The position numbers were made by a program, and so were the translations under genes. This document shows positions 11,708 through 21,130 of a DNA stretch of 64,000 bases, one piece after another. Position 1 is the stretch's first letter. The number at the start of each line of letters is the position of its first letter. A model generated the notes under the pieces. That model saw only the letters and a program-made list of their open reading frames with translations. It was not told the DNA's origin and searched no databases. The DNA lies in contig JAATET010000031.1 of assembly GCA_015655545.1 (NCBI GenBank), forward strand, positions 18,099-82,098, given 5' to 3'. The stretch is from Chthoniobacterales bacterium (GTDB lineage: Bacteria > Verrucomicrobiota > Verrucomicrobiia > Chthoniobacterales > JAATET01).

Positions 11708-12143
11708 CTTTTTTCACCACGCGAGTTTTTGGCGCGGCCTTCGCCTTGGGCGCTTTCGCGGCGACCGCGGCTTTCGGCGCTGGTGCGGTTGCGATCGCTT
11801 TCTCCGGAGCCCCATACGGGGGCCGGGGCGTGAAAACCGGACCATTTTCGCGCAAAGATTTCAGGCTCTCGGCCAGCAGAAGGATCGGTTTCCGCACGCC
11901 TTTGTATTGCTTGCCGGTCTTCTTGACCTGGCCATGCTGCACGAGAGTCTGCAATTTTTCGTAAGAGCGCAGCCGCAGCATTTCCTCGCCGCCGCCGGCG
12001 ACGTTACGAGCTTTTAAGGCCGCATGCACTTCCAGAAAAAGCGCCTTGAATTCATACGACTTCGGACCGGACAAAACCTCCACCAGCTCCTCCGTTACGT
12101 TATCCGGACCACGACGTGAGAAGGAACTGAATTTTGAACTCAT
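11685..12143 (-). CDS. hypothetical protein, wHTH-like core with K/A/P-rich tail
   Basis: Helical core (GGGEEMLRLRSYEKLQTLV...VKK) plus PKAAVAAKAPKAKAAPKT tail. Confidence 0.7.
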   Translation of the reverse strand: MSSKFSSFSRRGPDNVTEELVEVLSGPKSYEFKALFLEVHAALKARNVAGGGEEMLRLRSYEKLQTLVQHGQVKKTGKQYKGVRKPILLLAESLKSLRENGPVFTPRPPYGAPEKAIATAPAPKAAVAAKAPKAKAAPKTRVVKKVTRAVSR

Positions 12144-12523
12144 GCCTACCTATATCACGGATTCGCCAATAACCGCACAACTAAGAGCGATTTCTACAAA
12201 ATCACCGACGGGAGCCCGCAAACTGTCTTGAAATTAGAGAGAGGGAGTTGGCGCCGTTCGTCCCTAGCCCTCTCGGGACTTGCAACGCCGGAGGTTCTCT
12301 GGATCGGAGCTTCGCTATCCCTTCAGGAATTTCATAAAAGTAATGATCTGGATCAAAAAAAGCATGCATTTAGTAAAAAGGTCTTGCCTCCTGACAAATC
12401 AACTCGTTCTAATCCGGAGGCTTTGGCTTCCCTCTAAAAAACAGCCCACGAGCGCCATGGCGAATACCCCCCAGATTCCCGTTTTTTTACATCTGCTATG
12501 TGCGGTTATCCCCTCAAAATAAA

Positions 12524-13144
12524 ATGAAGGCGCATAATAAGAATTTCTTCAGGAAGGGGATACACCTCTCTACGATTGGGGCATTGGCGACGCTCGCCTT
12601 CACCACCCCGCATCACCTCTTCGGACTTGAGCCTCTGACCTCAGCCGGAAATTTCCAGACTGGTTCCGCGGAGACTTTTCCGACGCCGGAGGGATTGAAT
12701 TCGCTCGTTCCTGCCGAACGATTGGCTTCCCTGGAAAAAATGATTTCCGCGGATTACGACCGTAAAGCCTCGATAAGGCTTGCGATGGAAGCGGAGTTAA
12801 GCACATCCGAGCCTTCCAGTCATGTTTCCGGGCAGCCGGCAAGGGCCACGGGTCCAAGTGACCAGGAATTGAATGCCGAGTGGAGCGAATGGCATATCAA
12901 CCATGCGCTCATGGTGGCGGCCGAAGCCACTCGCCAAAGCCCCGAGTCTTCACCCCAGCGTCCCATTCCGGAACTGGTCGCAATTCACGAAGAAAAGCAG
13001 CGTCTTTTCACGGAGCTCGCAAAAGCCATGGCGACAGGAGGCGGGACATCCGCCACCGCGATGGAAAAATCCACCGCCCTCCTGCTCGAAAATCTCTCTA
13101 ATCCCCCGTCCAGCTCACCAAATCCCAATTCGAGTAACCGATGA
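12524..13144 (+). CDS. putative exported hypothetical protein (first gene of the Rhs operon)
   Basis: Basic N-terminus plus hydrophobic stretch; ATGA overlap with the next gene. Confidence 0.55.
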   Translation: MKAHNKNFFRKGIHLSTIGALATLAFTTPHHLFGLEPLTSAGNFQTGSAETFPTPEGLNSLVPAERLASLEKMISADYDRKASIRLAMEAELSTSEPSSHVSGQPARATGPSDQELNAEWSEWHINHALMVAAEATRQSPESSPQRPIPELVAIHEEKQRLFTELAKAMATGGGTSATAMEKSTALLLENLSNPPSSSPNPNSSNR

Positions 13145-13911
13145 ACCCGATCAAAACCACCTTCCTATTATCCATGGGCATGCTTTGCGGCGTGCTTCAG
13201 GCGCAGCAAGTTTTTACCACCGATGTGCAGATCACCAGCACGAACGCCGCGGCGCCAAACCTGAAGACTACCGGCCCTGGCGGCGTGCTTTTTGGCGGCA
13301 CCTTCGGCAGCGGGAGTCTTCCGACCACCGGAGATGGCGCGCGATTCATGTGGTATCCGAAAAAGGCAGCCCTCCGAGTCGGCTGGGTGGATTCTGGACG
13401 GTGGGACGACGCCAATATCGGCGATTACTCCATGGGAATCGGAGCCAACTCCATCGCATCAGGCTACAGCACGATAGCGCTCGGGTCCGCTATGGCCTCA
13501 GGGCACCAAGCCTTTGCGGCCGGCTGGGGCTCACAGGCTACGGGCAGCTTTGCCGCGGCGGTTTCCGTTGGCACCGCGACCAATTATTGCACATTTGCCG
13601 CCGCTTTGGGCACCGCCAATGGTTACCAGAGTGTGGCCCTCGGGGGGCTGGCCCTGGGCAGTTATTCCACGGCGATTGGCATAAACGCCCAATCGGTCAC
13701 GGTTGGTTCGACGGTGGTGGGGCAATACAATGAGCTGGGCGGGAATCCCACGGTCCCGGCCAATACTGATGCCATCTTCATCGTGGGCACCGGGACGGGA
13801 ACCGGCGATCGAAAGAATGGCTTCGAAGTGCGGCGCGACGGCACCGTGCGCATCGCCAAACGCCAGGGCGACATCGTGATGGGTGTTTTTGGTAACGGCG
13901 GCGGCGATTAG
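13141..13911 (+). CDS. secreted protein with YadA/Hep_Hag-like head repeats
   Basis: Signal peptide (LQA-QQ), GARFMWYPKKAALRVG...WDDANIGDYS motif, repeated SxAxG units, C-terminal RQGDIVMG. Confidence 0.75.
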   Translation: MNPIKTTFLLSMGMLCGVLQAQQVFTTDVQITSTNAAAPNLKTTGPGGVLFGGTFGSGSLPTTGDGARFMWYPKKAALRVGWVDSGRWDDANIGDYSMGIGANSIASGYSTIALGSAMASGHQAFAAGWGSQATGSFAAAVSVGTATNYCTFAAALGTANGYQSVALGGLALGSYSTAIGINAQSVTVGSTVVGQYNELGGNPTVPANTDAIFIVGTGTGTGDRKNGFEVRRDGTVRIAKRQGDIVMGVFGNGGGD

Positions 13912-13924
13912 AAGGAACCAACCC

Positions 13925-14692
13925 ATGCGACGTATCAATTTATTGACCGGACTGGCGTGCCTATTGGCATGCGGTCATTTGGACGCAGCGGAGCCTGCTT
14001 GGTGGAGATCCGGTGTGACGCAGTGCATGGATACGACTCCGAGCACCACCGAGAACTATCAGCCCGTAAATCAAGGCCAGCTCAAGAACGTTGCCACCAA
14101 GGCCGCGCTTTATCTAAATGCCACACTGGCGAGCGTGGGTGGCGCGGGCACGGCGGTTAACAACATGGTCGCCAGTTTTCAACATACGTCGGAAGACTAT
14201 GCCCCGATCAATATTGGTCAGCTTAAAGCGATAGCTAAGCCATTTTACGACCGCCTCATGGCCGTTGGTTACAACACGAAACTTAGCTTGGCATACCAAG
14301 GCGCTACAGAATGGAGCTATGATTATCCTTGGAATTCGGCGACACCAGCTTCGGAAAATTACGCAATTGCGAATATTGGTCAGTTGAAACTAGTGTTTAG
14401 TTTTGATGTGACCGATTCCGACGCAGACGGGTTGCCTGACTGGTGGGAACTGCAATATGGCGGGTCACTGACCACGTTGAACGGCGATGGCATTCACGAC
14501 ACGGACGGGGATGGCATTAGCGACCTGGCGGCGTATCAACTCGGATTGAATCCCGTCTCCAATCATCTGAACAACGCGACCGAGACCGAAAACATTAGCT
14601 ACGACGCGGCGCACCGCATCACGGCTGTGAGCGGCCGAAGTGCGCTCGGCTATACGCAAGATGCGGGTGGCAACTTGGTGCACAGCAATTAG
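13925..14692 (+). CDS. secreted protein with 3x NxGQLK repeats, DxDxDG Ca-binding motifs and terminal YD-like strands
   Basis: Signal peptide; NYQPVNQGQLK / DYAPINIGQLK / NYAIANIGQLK; DSDADGLPDWWE, DTDGDGISD; YDAAHRIT...YTQDAGGNL. Confidence 0.75.
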   Translation: MRRINLLTGLACLLACGHLDAAEPAWWRSGVTQCMDTTPSTTENYQPVNQGQLKNVATKAALYLNATLASVGGAGTAVNNMVASFQHTSEDYAPINIGQLKAIAKPFYDRLMAVGYNTKLSLAYQGATEWSYDYPWNSATPASENYAIANIGQLKLVFSFDVTDSDADGLPDWWELQYGGSLTTLNGDGIHDTDGDGISDLAAYQLGLNPVSNHLNNATETENISYDAAHRITAVSGRSALGYTQDAGGNLVHSN

Positions 14693-14704
14693 GGGAACAT
14701 CTGT

Positions 14705-17700
14705 ATGAAAGACCGGCAGACCGTTGATAGGAAAAGTTGTTTGGTCGCCTTGCTCATCCTGGCATCGTGTGTCTTAATGGGCAATCGCACCAATGCGATG
14801 TCCTCGACAGCCTCCAGCGACGCCGATTACCGCACTCCAGAATTAATCGCCCTAGCCGCGGGATTGAAGAATGATCGGGAATCAATTTTCAAATGGGTGC
14901 GTGAAAACATCCGTTACGTGCAGTATTACGGCTGCAAAAAGGGGGCCTATCTCACATATCTGGAGCGTAGTGGAAATGATGCGGACCAGAGCGCATTACT
15001 TGTCGCTCTTTGGCGGGCTGCGGGTATTTCGTGTCAATATGTCTGGGGCTGGGGAGAATTGCCGATATCTGCCGCGAATAATGTCGATTGGTATCATTAC
15101 TTGGGTGCCGATGGTGTGCAGGACGTCGGCAACGGGAATACCTCTCTGGATCAACTGGTTTGGCTGCGTGGCGAACCGACTTATGGATGGTGGGATGGCT
15201 CTTTCTTGGCAAATAGCAAAGGGATGGCGCGAGTGTGGGTGCAAACGAACGTGAATGGCACCTTAAAAAGCTACGATCCTTCCTTTAAGTTAATTCAACC
15301 TGTCGCTGGACTCGCTGTTGCGTCACTGATGAATTACAATAGAGCAAGCTTGTTGAGCAGTTTGGGCGCTGGAACAACGGGAACCAATTCCATCACGGGG
15401 CTGAGTTATTCCGGGTTAAGTGCTTATCTTTCTGGTTGCGCCGCTCAGTTCATAACGACGTATCAAAATTCTCATTTTAATAAAACCGTCGATGAAATCG
15501 TGGGTGGCTGGAAACCTCTTTCAAGCGAGAGTCTTACATTTCCAATCACGTCGGTGATGACCACGAATGACCTATTGGATAACTTGTCCACGACCACCAC
15601 CGGTGGGCAAACGGTTTACGTGGGATACGCCTCAATTAAGATCCAGGTGTTTCTTTCGTCCGACACCGGCCACACCAGTCCCATTGTCACTTGGGGGGCG
15701 GTTAATATGGCAAGTTTAAGGGGACGGCGTCTCGGATTGGTCTCCGAGAGCAATAAAGTTACGTTAAAACTGGATGATACCCAGATCGTTCAAGCAGCGT
15801 CGACCACGACAGTCGGAACGCCCCTGGATATCGTAGTCGATATCACTCATGCGGGTTCTCCATATATAAATCCAGCTTTCAACTTGATCGGCAAGGTTAT
15901 GAAGGCAAAGGCGGGTGCAAGTTATGCGCTCGTTTATGGTTTCGATGTATCCTCGGATTATCTCAATACGCGCCAGCAGCAATTGGCAAGCTATAAGGAG
16001 CAGGGATTGGGCGATCAAGATCCCAAAATGATTTTGGAGACGCTGAATATCATAGGCCTGCAATGGATGCTCGAGACCGATTCGGCCCACGGATTAATAG
16101 GAAATCTAAAAAATCTATCGTCCACATTTCTTTATCGCTTTGGTCGGGCGGCGCAGGAACCGACGACATCAGGAAATGCTGTATATGTTGATTTGCCTTT
16201 CAATTACACCGGATATGTTTCGCGCGTGCCCGACACCGGCGCAGCGAATACCCTGACAGCGGAATCGGCCTACAGCTTTATCATGAGCGCCATGGAGCAT
16301 GGCGTGCTGGACCAGATGCAGGCGGTGACGGCTGTTTCGACGGTAAAAGTGCTTAAAATGGCCAATGAACAATCGATTCCCATTTTTCTGGCGAATCCCG
16401 GTAACTGGTCTTCAGTGCGGTCGCAATTGATACCGCTAATTAATATCTTTTCTCCCTATGGAGCCGGGGACCTCGCGCAACTCGACGGCGCTATTAGTGA
16501 AGGTGCCAGTATTTTGCTTCCCAAGAATGGTCACATAACCCAGTCCGGGTGGGCTTGGAATGGGTCTGCTTATGCCGCGATTCTTTGGAATGCGGTCGGG
16601 TCGTCGTATTGGAAAATGATCATTGGTCAGACTTACAATGGGGGTTTTTCAACCCTTCCCAATGTTCAGACCAACCCCAGTTCCGTTCTGACTCAAAGTC
16701 ATGCTCAGGCAAATCTGTTTCAAAAAAACCCGGTGACATTGAAGGTGAGTTACGGTCTCGATCCCGTGAATCTCGCGACCGGTAACTTTACGCACCAGAG
16801 GGAATTGCTCACGGCTGGGGATGGCCTTGTTCGCGGACTCAATTTCTCGGTTAGTTACGATGGGGGGGACAGGCTCAAGAACGACGCCAAGATCGGCTAC
16901 GGCTGGACCCACAGCTACTATGTGCGTGCGGTGGAAATGGCGGATGTCGATGGGGCCTTTGGGAAAAAAACACCCATCGAGATGGCGGCAACGCTTGCGG
17001 GCGTCGTGGCGGCGCTGGATGTCTTCGCCAACCGAACAACCGTGAAGGACTGGCTGGGAACGGCCTTGATTGCGAACTGGATGGTGGATCAGTTGACGGG
17101 CAGTGCCGTTTCCATCGTTTCCGGAAACCAGATTTGGCAGTTCCACAAGCAGGCGGACGGCAGCTACTCAGCGCCTCCGGGGGCGACCCAGGTGCTGACC
17201 AAACCGGCAAACTATCAACTCGTGGAGCGCAACGGTCCCACTTGGAAATTCGATGCGAATAAGCGGCTCTCAGAGATTGAAGACCTTTGGGGGAAGAAGC
17301 TGACGCTTAACTACAACACGAATGGCGATCTTGGAACCGTAGCGGACGCTTATGGGCGGACTTTGACTTTTAATTACATTGGTTCGGGTGCGGCGGCAGT
17401 TTTGAACACGGTTGCGGACAATAGCTCTCGAAGCGTGACTTTCACGATCGACAGTTCAAAAAATCTGACCGCTTTCACCGATCCGGAAGGCAAATCCGAT
17501 AATTTCGAATATGTCTCCGGACATTTGATCGCAAATTACAAAAACCACGACGGCAATGTCGTGGTCTCGAATGTCTACGATGCCCAGGGACGGGTCGCGA
17601 CCCAGGATACCATGGGCGACCCGGCCCAACGCTGGCACCTTTATTATTCTCCCGGGCAGACCATCGAGCAGGAGCCGGGCGGAGCGTCGACACTTCACTT

Positions 17701-20692
17701 TTTCGATGGCCGCAATCGTGAGGTCGAGGTGGACAATGCGTTCGGCCACCGCCTGCTGACCACCTATGACGCACAGGACCGCATCCGGAAAAAGGAACGG
17801 ATCGTCGAGACCACGGTCGACGAGACGATGCTCTACGATTATGACAATAATCATAACCTCACCGTGGAGACCGATCCCAAGGGGAAGACGACGGTCTATG
17901 CTTACGATGGCAGCAATCAGCTCACGAGTGTGAAGGACAAGCGCGGTAATTACACCTATTACCAAAACTACAATGCGCAGCATCAGCCGCAGCAGATTAC
18001 CGATCGGGAAAACCGGGTCGTCACCTGCACCTACAAACCACCCGCCGATCCGGGGGCTGGCTATCTCGCCTCGGTTACGGAGGGCGGGTTTACGACCAGC
18101 TATGGCTACGACGCCAAGGGCGCGTTGAATTCGATCACCTATCCCGGCGGCGCCGGCGAGAGCATGGTGAATAACGCCTTTGGGGATCCCGCCACCAGAA
18201 CCGATGAACTCACCCGGCAGACGCTCATCGAGTATAACCTGCGCCGCGAAGTCACCAGCACGACCACCCCCGGCTCGAGTAGCGGCTCGCGGACAAGCTA
18301 CATGAGCTATGACAATAAGCGCGACCTGCTCGGGATATGGAATCCGCGAGGATATGCGACTTTTACGTTTCAGACCGTGACGCACAAGCCGGGGCAGACG
18401 ACCCTGCCCGACGGCAGCGTGGCGTGGAGCCTCTACGACATCAACGACCGTGTGCAGTGGACCGCCACGTTATTGACGCTCTGGACTCACCACACCCGGG
18501 ACACGCTGGGGCGGGAGACGGCCCTCACCGATCCCATCGGTCGGACGACGACCACGATCTTTCAGGACGACCTCCGCAAGACGATCGTGCAGAGCCCGTC
18601 GCCGCTCAATATCCAGACCAAGGCGACCGTCGACGAGCGCGGGCAGGTGGTGCGGGACGAGGACGGCCTGGGCAACTATGCGACTCCCGGCTACGACGAC
18701 AACGGCAACAAGACGACGTGGATCGACCGCCGGGGGAAAACGTGGTCATTCGTCTACGACAAGGAGGATCGGCTGATCACGACGACGAGCCCGCTCTCCC
18801 GGGCGACGCAGAGCCCATATAACGCGCGAGGGCTGCTCGATCACATCACCGAGCCCTCCACGCAAGTGACGACGTTCGGCTACGATGGGAGGCGACGCCT
18901 CACGAGTCGTGCCGACGCCGTGGGAACGATCAATTACGGGCTCGATAACGCGAGCCAACTGCTCACCGTCACGCAAGGCGCGGCGGTGCTCGCGCGCACC
19001 TATTATGGCAGCGGGGAGGTCGCGACCTATAAGAACGCGAACAACGAGACGACCGGCTACGATTACGACAAGGATGGCAACCTGACCTCGCTGACGTATC
19101 CGGCGGTCGGAAGCGTGCCATCGGCGACGGTGACCTACACGTATGACAATCGCGACCGGCTGACGAGCATGACGGATTGGGCGGGGCGGATCACCACCTA
19201 TTCATGGGACGCGGAAGGGAAGCTGACGGGAGTGACCCGGCCTAACGGGACGAAGAGGCGATTGAGCTGGGATTGGGCGGGGGAGATGCTGGCCGTCGAG
19301 GAGAGGCCGGCGAGCGGAGCGCCGCTGGCGGTGCGATCCTTCCATTACGACGCGGCGGGACGAATCGACAAACGCCTGATCTATCCGCAGGCGACGGCGT
19401 GGGCGGAGCCGGCGTGGACGGCGGTTCCCGACAACGACAATCGACTCACGTCGGTGGCCGGAGCGACGTTGAGCTACGACGCGGATGGCAACCTGCAGGG
19501 AAGCCGTTTGCCGGACGGCCCATGGGGATCGAGCGGCACGTCCTCGGGGGTGAGCGGGACATTTACCTGGAATGCGCGCAATCAACTCACGGGCGTAGTC
19601 CGGACCGGAGGGCAGACGGCCGGCTACACCTACGACGCGGAAGGGAATCTCATTCAGACGGTCGATAGTGTGGCGGGAACGACACGGTGGATCATTGACC
19701 CAAACGGAGGCGAGAGCCCGCGCATTCTGGCGAAGGTGGCGCCCAATGGAAACGTGACGCGCTACGTATATGGAGTTGGCCTTGTCTATGAAGTGAGGCA
19801 GGATGGGAGCGTGCGCTACTATCACTACGATCAGGTGGGGAGCACGGTGGCGTTGACCGACGGCACCGGCGCGGTGACAGGGAGGGCGGACTACAGCCCG
19901 TATGGCACCCTGCAAAGCACGAGTGGAGAATTGGCCAATGCGAATGCCACGCCATTTCTCTTCGTAGGGGCCTATGGAGTGATGACGGATTCGGTGACGG
20001 GGCTACATCAGATGCGGGCTCGGTGGTATTCAAGCTACTTGCGTCGGTTCCTCAATGAAGACCCCAGCAGATTTGCGGGCGGGGAGAACTTTTATGCTTA
20101 TGCTTCAGGCAATCCTATCAGCCTTGTTGATCCGAGTGGATTGTGGGGCGTCCAATTTGGGGAAGATGGAATGAATATTGGGAAAGGAGATCCAACGCTC
20201 GTTTTTACGGCGAGAGGAACGTCGAACGCTTATGGAAGTGTATTAAGCTCTATTGCAGATACGCTCACGCTTTCAGGTGGGCGTCTTTCAGCAGCCAATG
20301 AAAATTTCCGTTCGGGAGGTCGAGAGCCAATCAACGTAAATCCTAATACTCTAGACTTTAGTCAATTGAAACCCGGACAAAAGTTTTATACCTTTCCGAT
20401 TACTTCGCCGGGGGATTTTGTTGTCCATGGAACGGTATTAGTCAATCCTTCCACAATGAGCGTTCGCGACGATTATGATTTTGATCTTAAGCCGTGGACC
20501 TTAAAAACTGCGGTGAGAAATACAGAAACGATAGCAGCCCATTTTATTGCCGATCCGCTTGATGCGTTTACTGATTTCTCTGGTAGAAGAACTGGATCTG
20601 CAAATAAATCTGGGAATGGGGCATTTCCATTTAATTTCACGAGTTCTATTTCGAGTGTCGGCTCAAAATCTTCTGGCTCTATTTGGAAATGA
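14705..20692 (+). CDS. Rhs/YD-repeat polymorphic toxin with signal peptide and transglutaminase-like N-terminal domain
   Basis: DPVNLATGNF, many YD repeats, core YYHYDQVGST...RARWYS...RFLNEDP, NPISLVDPSGL/W cleavage motif, AT-richer C-terminal domain. Confidence 0.93.
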   Translation: MKDRQTVDRKSCLVALLILASCVLMGNRTNAMSSTASSDADYRTPELIALAAGLKNDRESIFKWVRENIRYVQYYGCKKGAYLTYLERSGNDADQSALLVALWRAAGISCQYVWGWGELPISAANNVDWYHYLGADGVQDVGNGNTSLDQLVWLRGEPTYGWWDGSFLANSKGMARVWVQTNVNGTLKSYDPSFKLIQPVAGLAVASLMNYNRASLLSSLGAGTTGTNSITGLSYSGLSAYLSGCAAQFITTYQNSHFNKTVDEIVGGWKPLSSESLTFPITSVMTTNDLLDNLSTTTTGGQTVYVGYASIKIQVFLSSDTGHTSPIVTWGAVNMASLRGRRLGLVSESNKVTLKLDDTQIVQAASTTTVGTPLDIVVDITHAGSPYINPAFNLIGKVMKAKAGASYALVYGFDVSSDYLNTRQQQLASYKEQGLGDQDPKMILETLNIIGLQWMLETDSAHGLIGNLKNLSSTFLYRFGRAAQEPTTSGNAVYVDLPFNYTGYVSRVPDTGAANTLTAESAYSFIMSAMEHGVLDQMQAVTAVSTVKVLKMANEQSIPIFLANPGNWSSVRSQLIPLINIFSPYGAGDLAQLDGAISEGASILLPKNGHITQSGWAWNGSAYAAILWNAVGSSYWKMIIGQTYNGGFSTLPNVQTNPSSVLTQSHAQANLFQKNPVTLKVSYGLDPVNLATGNFTHQRELLTAGDGLVRGLNFSVSYDGGDRLKNDAKIGYGWTHSYYVRAVEMADVDGAFGKKTPIEMAATLAGVVAALDVFANRTTVKDWLGTALIANWMVDQLTGSAVSIVSGNQIWQFHKQADGSYSAPPGATQVLTKPANYQLVERNGPTWKFDANKRLSEIEDLWGKKLTLNYNTNGDLGTVADAYGRTLTFNYIGSGAAAVLNTVADNSSRSVTFTIDSSKNLTAFTDPEGKSDNFEYVSGHLIANYKNHDGNVVVSNVYDAQGRVATQDTMGDPAQRWHLYYSPGQTIEQEPGGASTLHFFDGRNREVEVDNAFGHRLLTTYDAQDRIRKKERIVETTVDETMLYDYDNNHNLTVETDPKGKTTVYAYDGSNQLTSVKDKRGNYTYYQNYNAQHQPQQITDRENRVVTCTYKPPADPGAGYLASVTEGGFTTSYGYDAKGALNSITYPGGAGESMVNNAFGDPATRTDELTRQTLIEYNLRREVTSTTTPGSSSGSRTSYMSYDNKRDLLGIWNPRGYATFTFQTVTHKPGQTTLPDGSVAWSLYDINDRVQWTATLLTLWTHHTRDTLGRETALTDPIGRTTTTIFQDDLRKTIVQSPSPLNIQTKATVDERGQVVRDEDGLGNYATPGYDDNGNKTTWIDRRGKTWSFVYDKEDRLITTTSPLSRATQSPYNARGLLDHITEPSTQVTTFGYDGRRRLTSRADAVGTINYGLDNASQLLTVTQGAAVLARTYYGSGEVATYKNANNETTGYDYDKDGNLTSLTYPAVGSVPSATVTYTYDNRDRLTSMTDWAGRITTYSWDAEGKLTGVTRPNGTKRRLSWDWAGEMLAVEERPASGAPLAVRSFHYDAAGRIDKRLIYPQATAWAEPAWTAVPDNDNRLTSVAGATLSYDADGNLQGSRLPDGPWGSSGTSSGVSGTFTWNARNQLTGVVRTGGQTAGYTYDAEGNLIQTVDSVAGTTRWIIDPNGGESPRILAKVAPNGNVTRYVYGVGLVYEVRQDGSVRYYHYDQVGSTVALTDGTGAVTGRADYSPYGTLQSTSGELANANATPFLFVGAYGVMTDSVTGLHQMRARWYSSYLRRFLNEDPSRFAGGENFYAYASGNPISLVDPSGLWGVQFGEDGMNIGKGDPTLVFTARGTSNAYGSVLSSIADTLTLSGGRLSAANENFRSGGREPINVNPNTLDFSQLKPGQKFYTFPITSPGDFVVHGTVLVNPSTMSVRDDYDFDLKPWTLKTAVRNTETIAAHFIADPLDAFTDFSGRRTGSANKSGNGAFPFNFTSSISSVGSKSSGSIWK

Positions 20693-21012
20693 ATTTCTTT
20701 AAATGGCGGTTTCTATTTGAGATAGCAATGGGAGTGGTTTACCTAACGGGGTGCCACGAACTTAAGATTGATGAAAAGGAAGCTCGAAAGTATGCACAAC
20801 AGCGCTTTGAAAAAGATTGCGAAATGATCAATCAACGAGCGGATAAGTTCGTTGGGCCGCAATTCACAGGAACAAGTAAAGGTAATACAGGGGAAATATG
20901 GTATCAATACGTGTGGGAAAATAAACTTTCCAATACGGAAATTATCGTTGGAGTGTCTGAATCTGGAGAAATCGCAGGAGGGACAGGCCCGATTGAGCGA
21001 CGGCAACCATAG
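20689..21012 (+). CDS. putative cognate immunity lipoprotein
   Basis: ATGA overlap with the Rhs stop, AT-rich, lipobox LTGC. Confidence 0.75.
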   Translation: MNFFKWRFLFEIAMGVVYLTGCHELKIDEKEARKYAQQRFEKDCEMINQRADKFVGPQFTGTSKGNTGEIWYQYVWENKLSNTEIIVGVSESGEIAGGTGPIERRQP

Positions 21013-21079
21013 CAACAGAGGTGCCAAAGATTTGAAGAGAATCACGACAAGCTTCTTAAACTCTGAAGAAAAAGAAAAA

Positions 21080-21101
21080 GGGTCAGTCCTCATTATTGAC
21101 A
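21080..21101 (+). repeat. transposase-end motif copy A (contains TTGACA)
   Basis: GGGTCAGTCCTCATTATTGACA, about 30 nt upstream of the transposase ATG. Confidence 0.85.
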
Positions 21102-21130
21102 AAAGAGGGATGAGAAGTTAAAGGGCGAGG

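Noticed and set aside
13141-13911. Prophage tail-fibre gene
   Set aside because: It has a Sec signal peptide, no chaperone/peptidase S74 tail and no neighbouring phage genes; better read as an exported adhesin-like protein.
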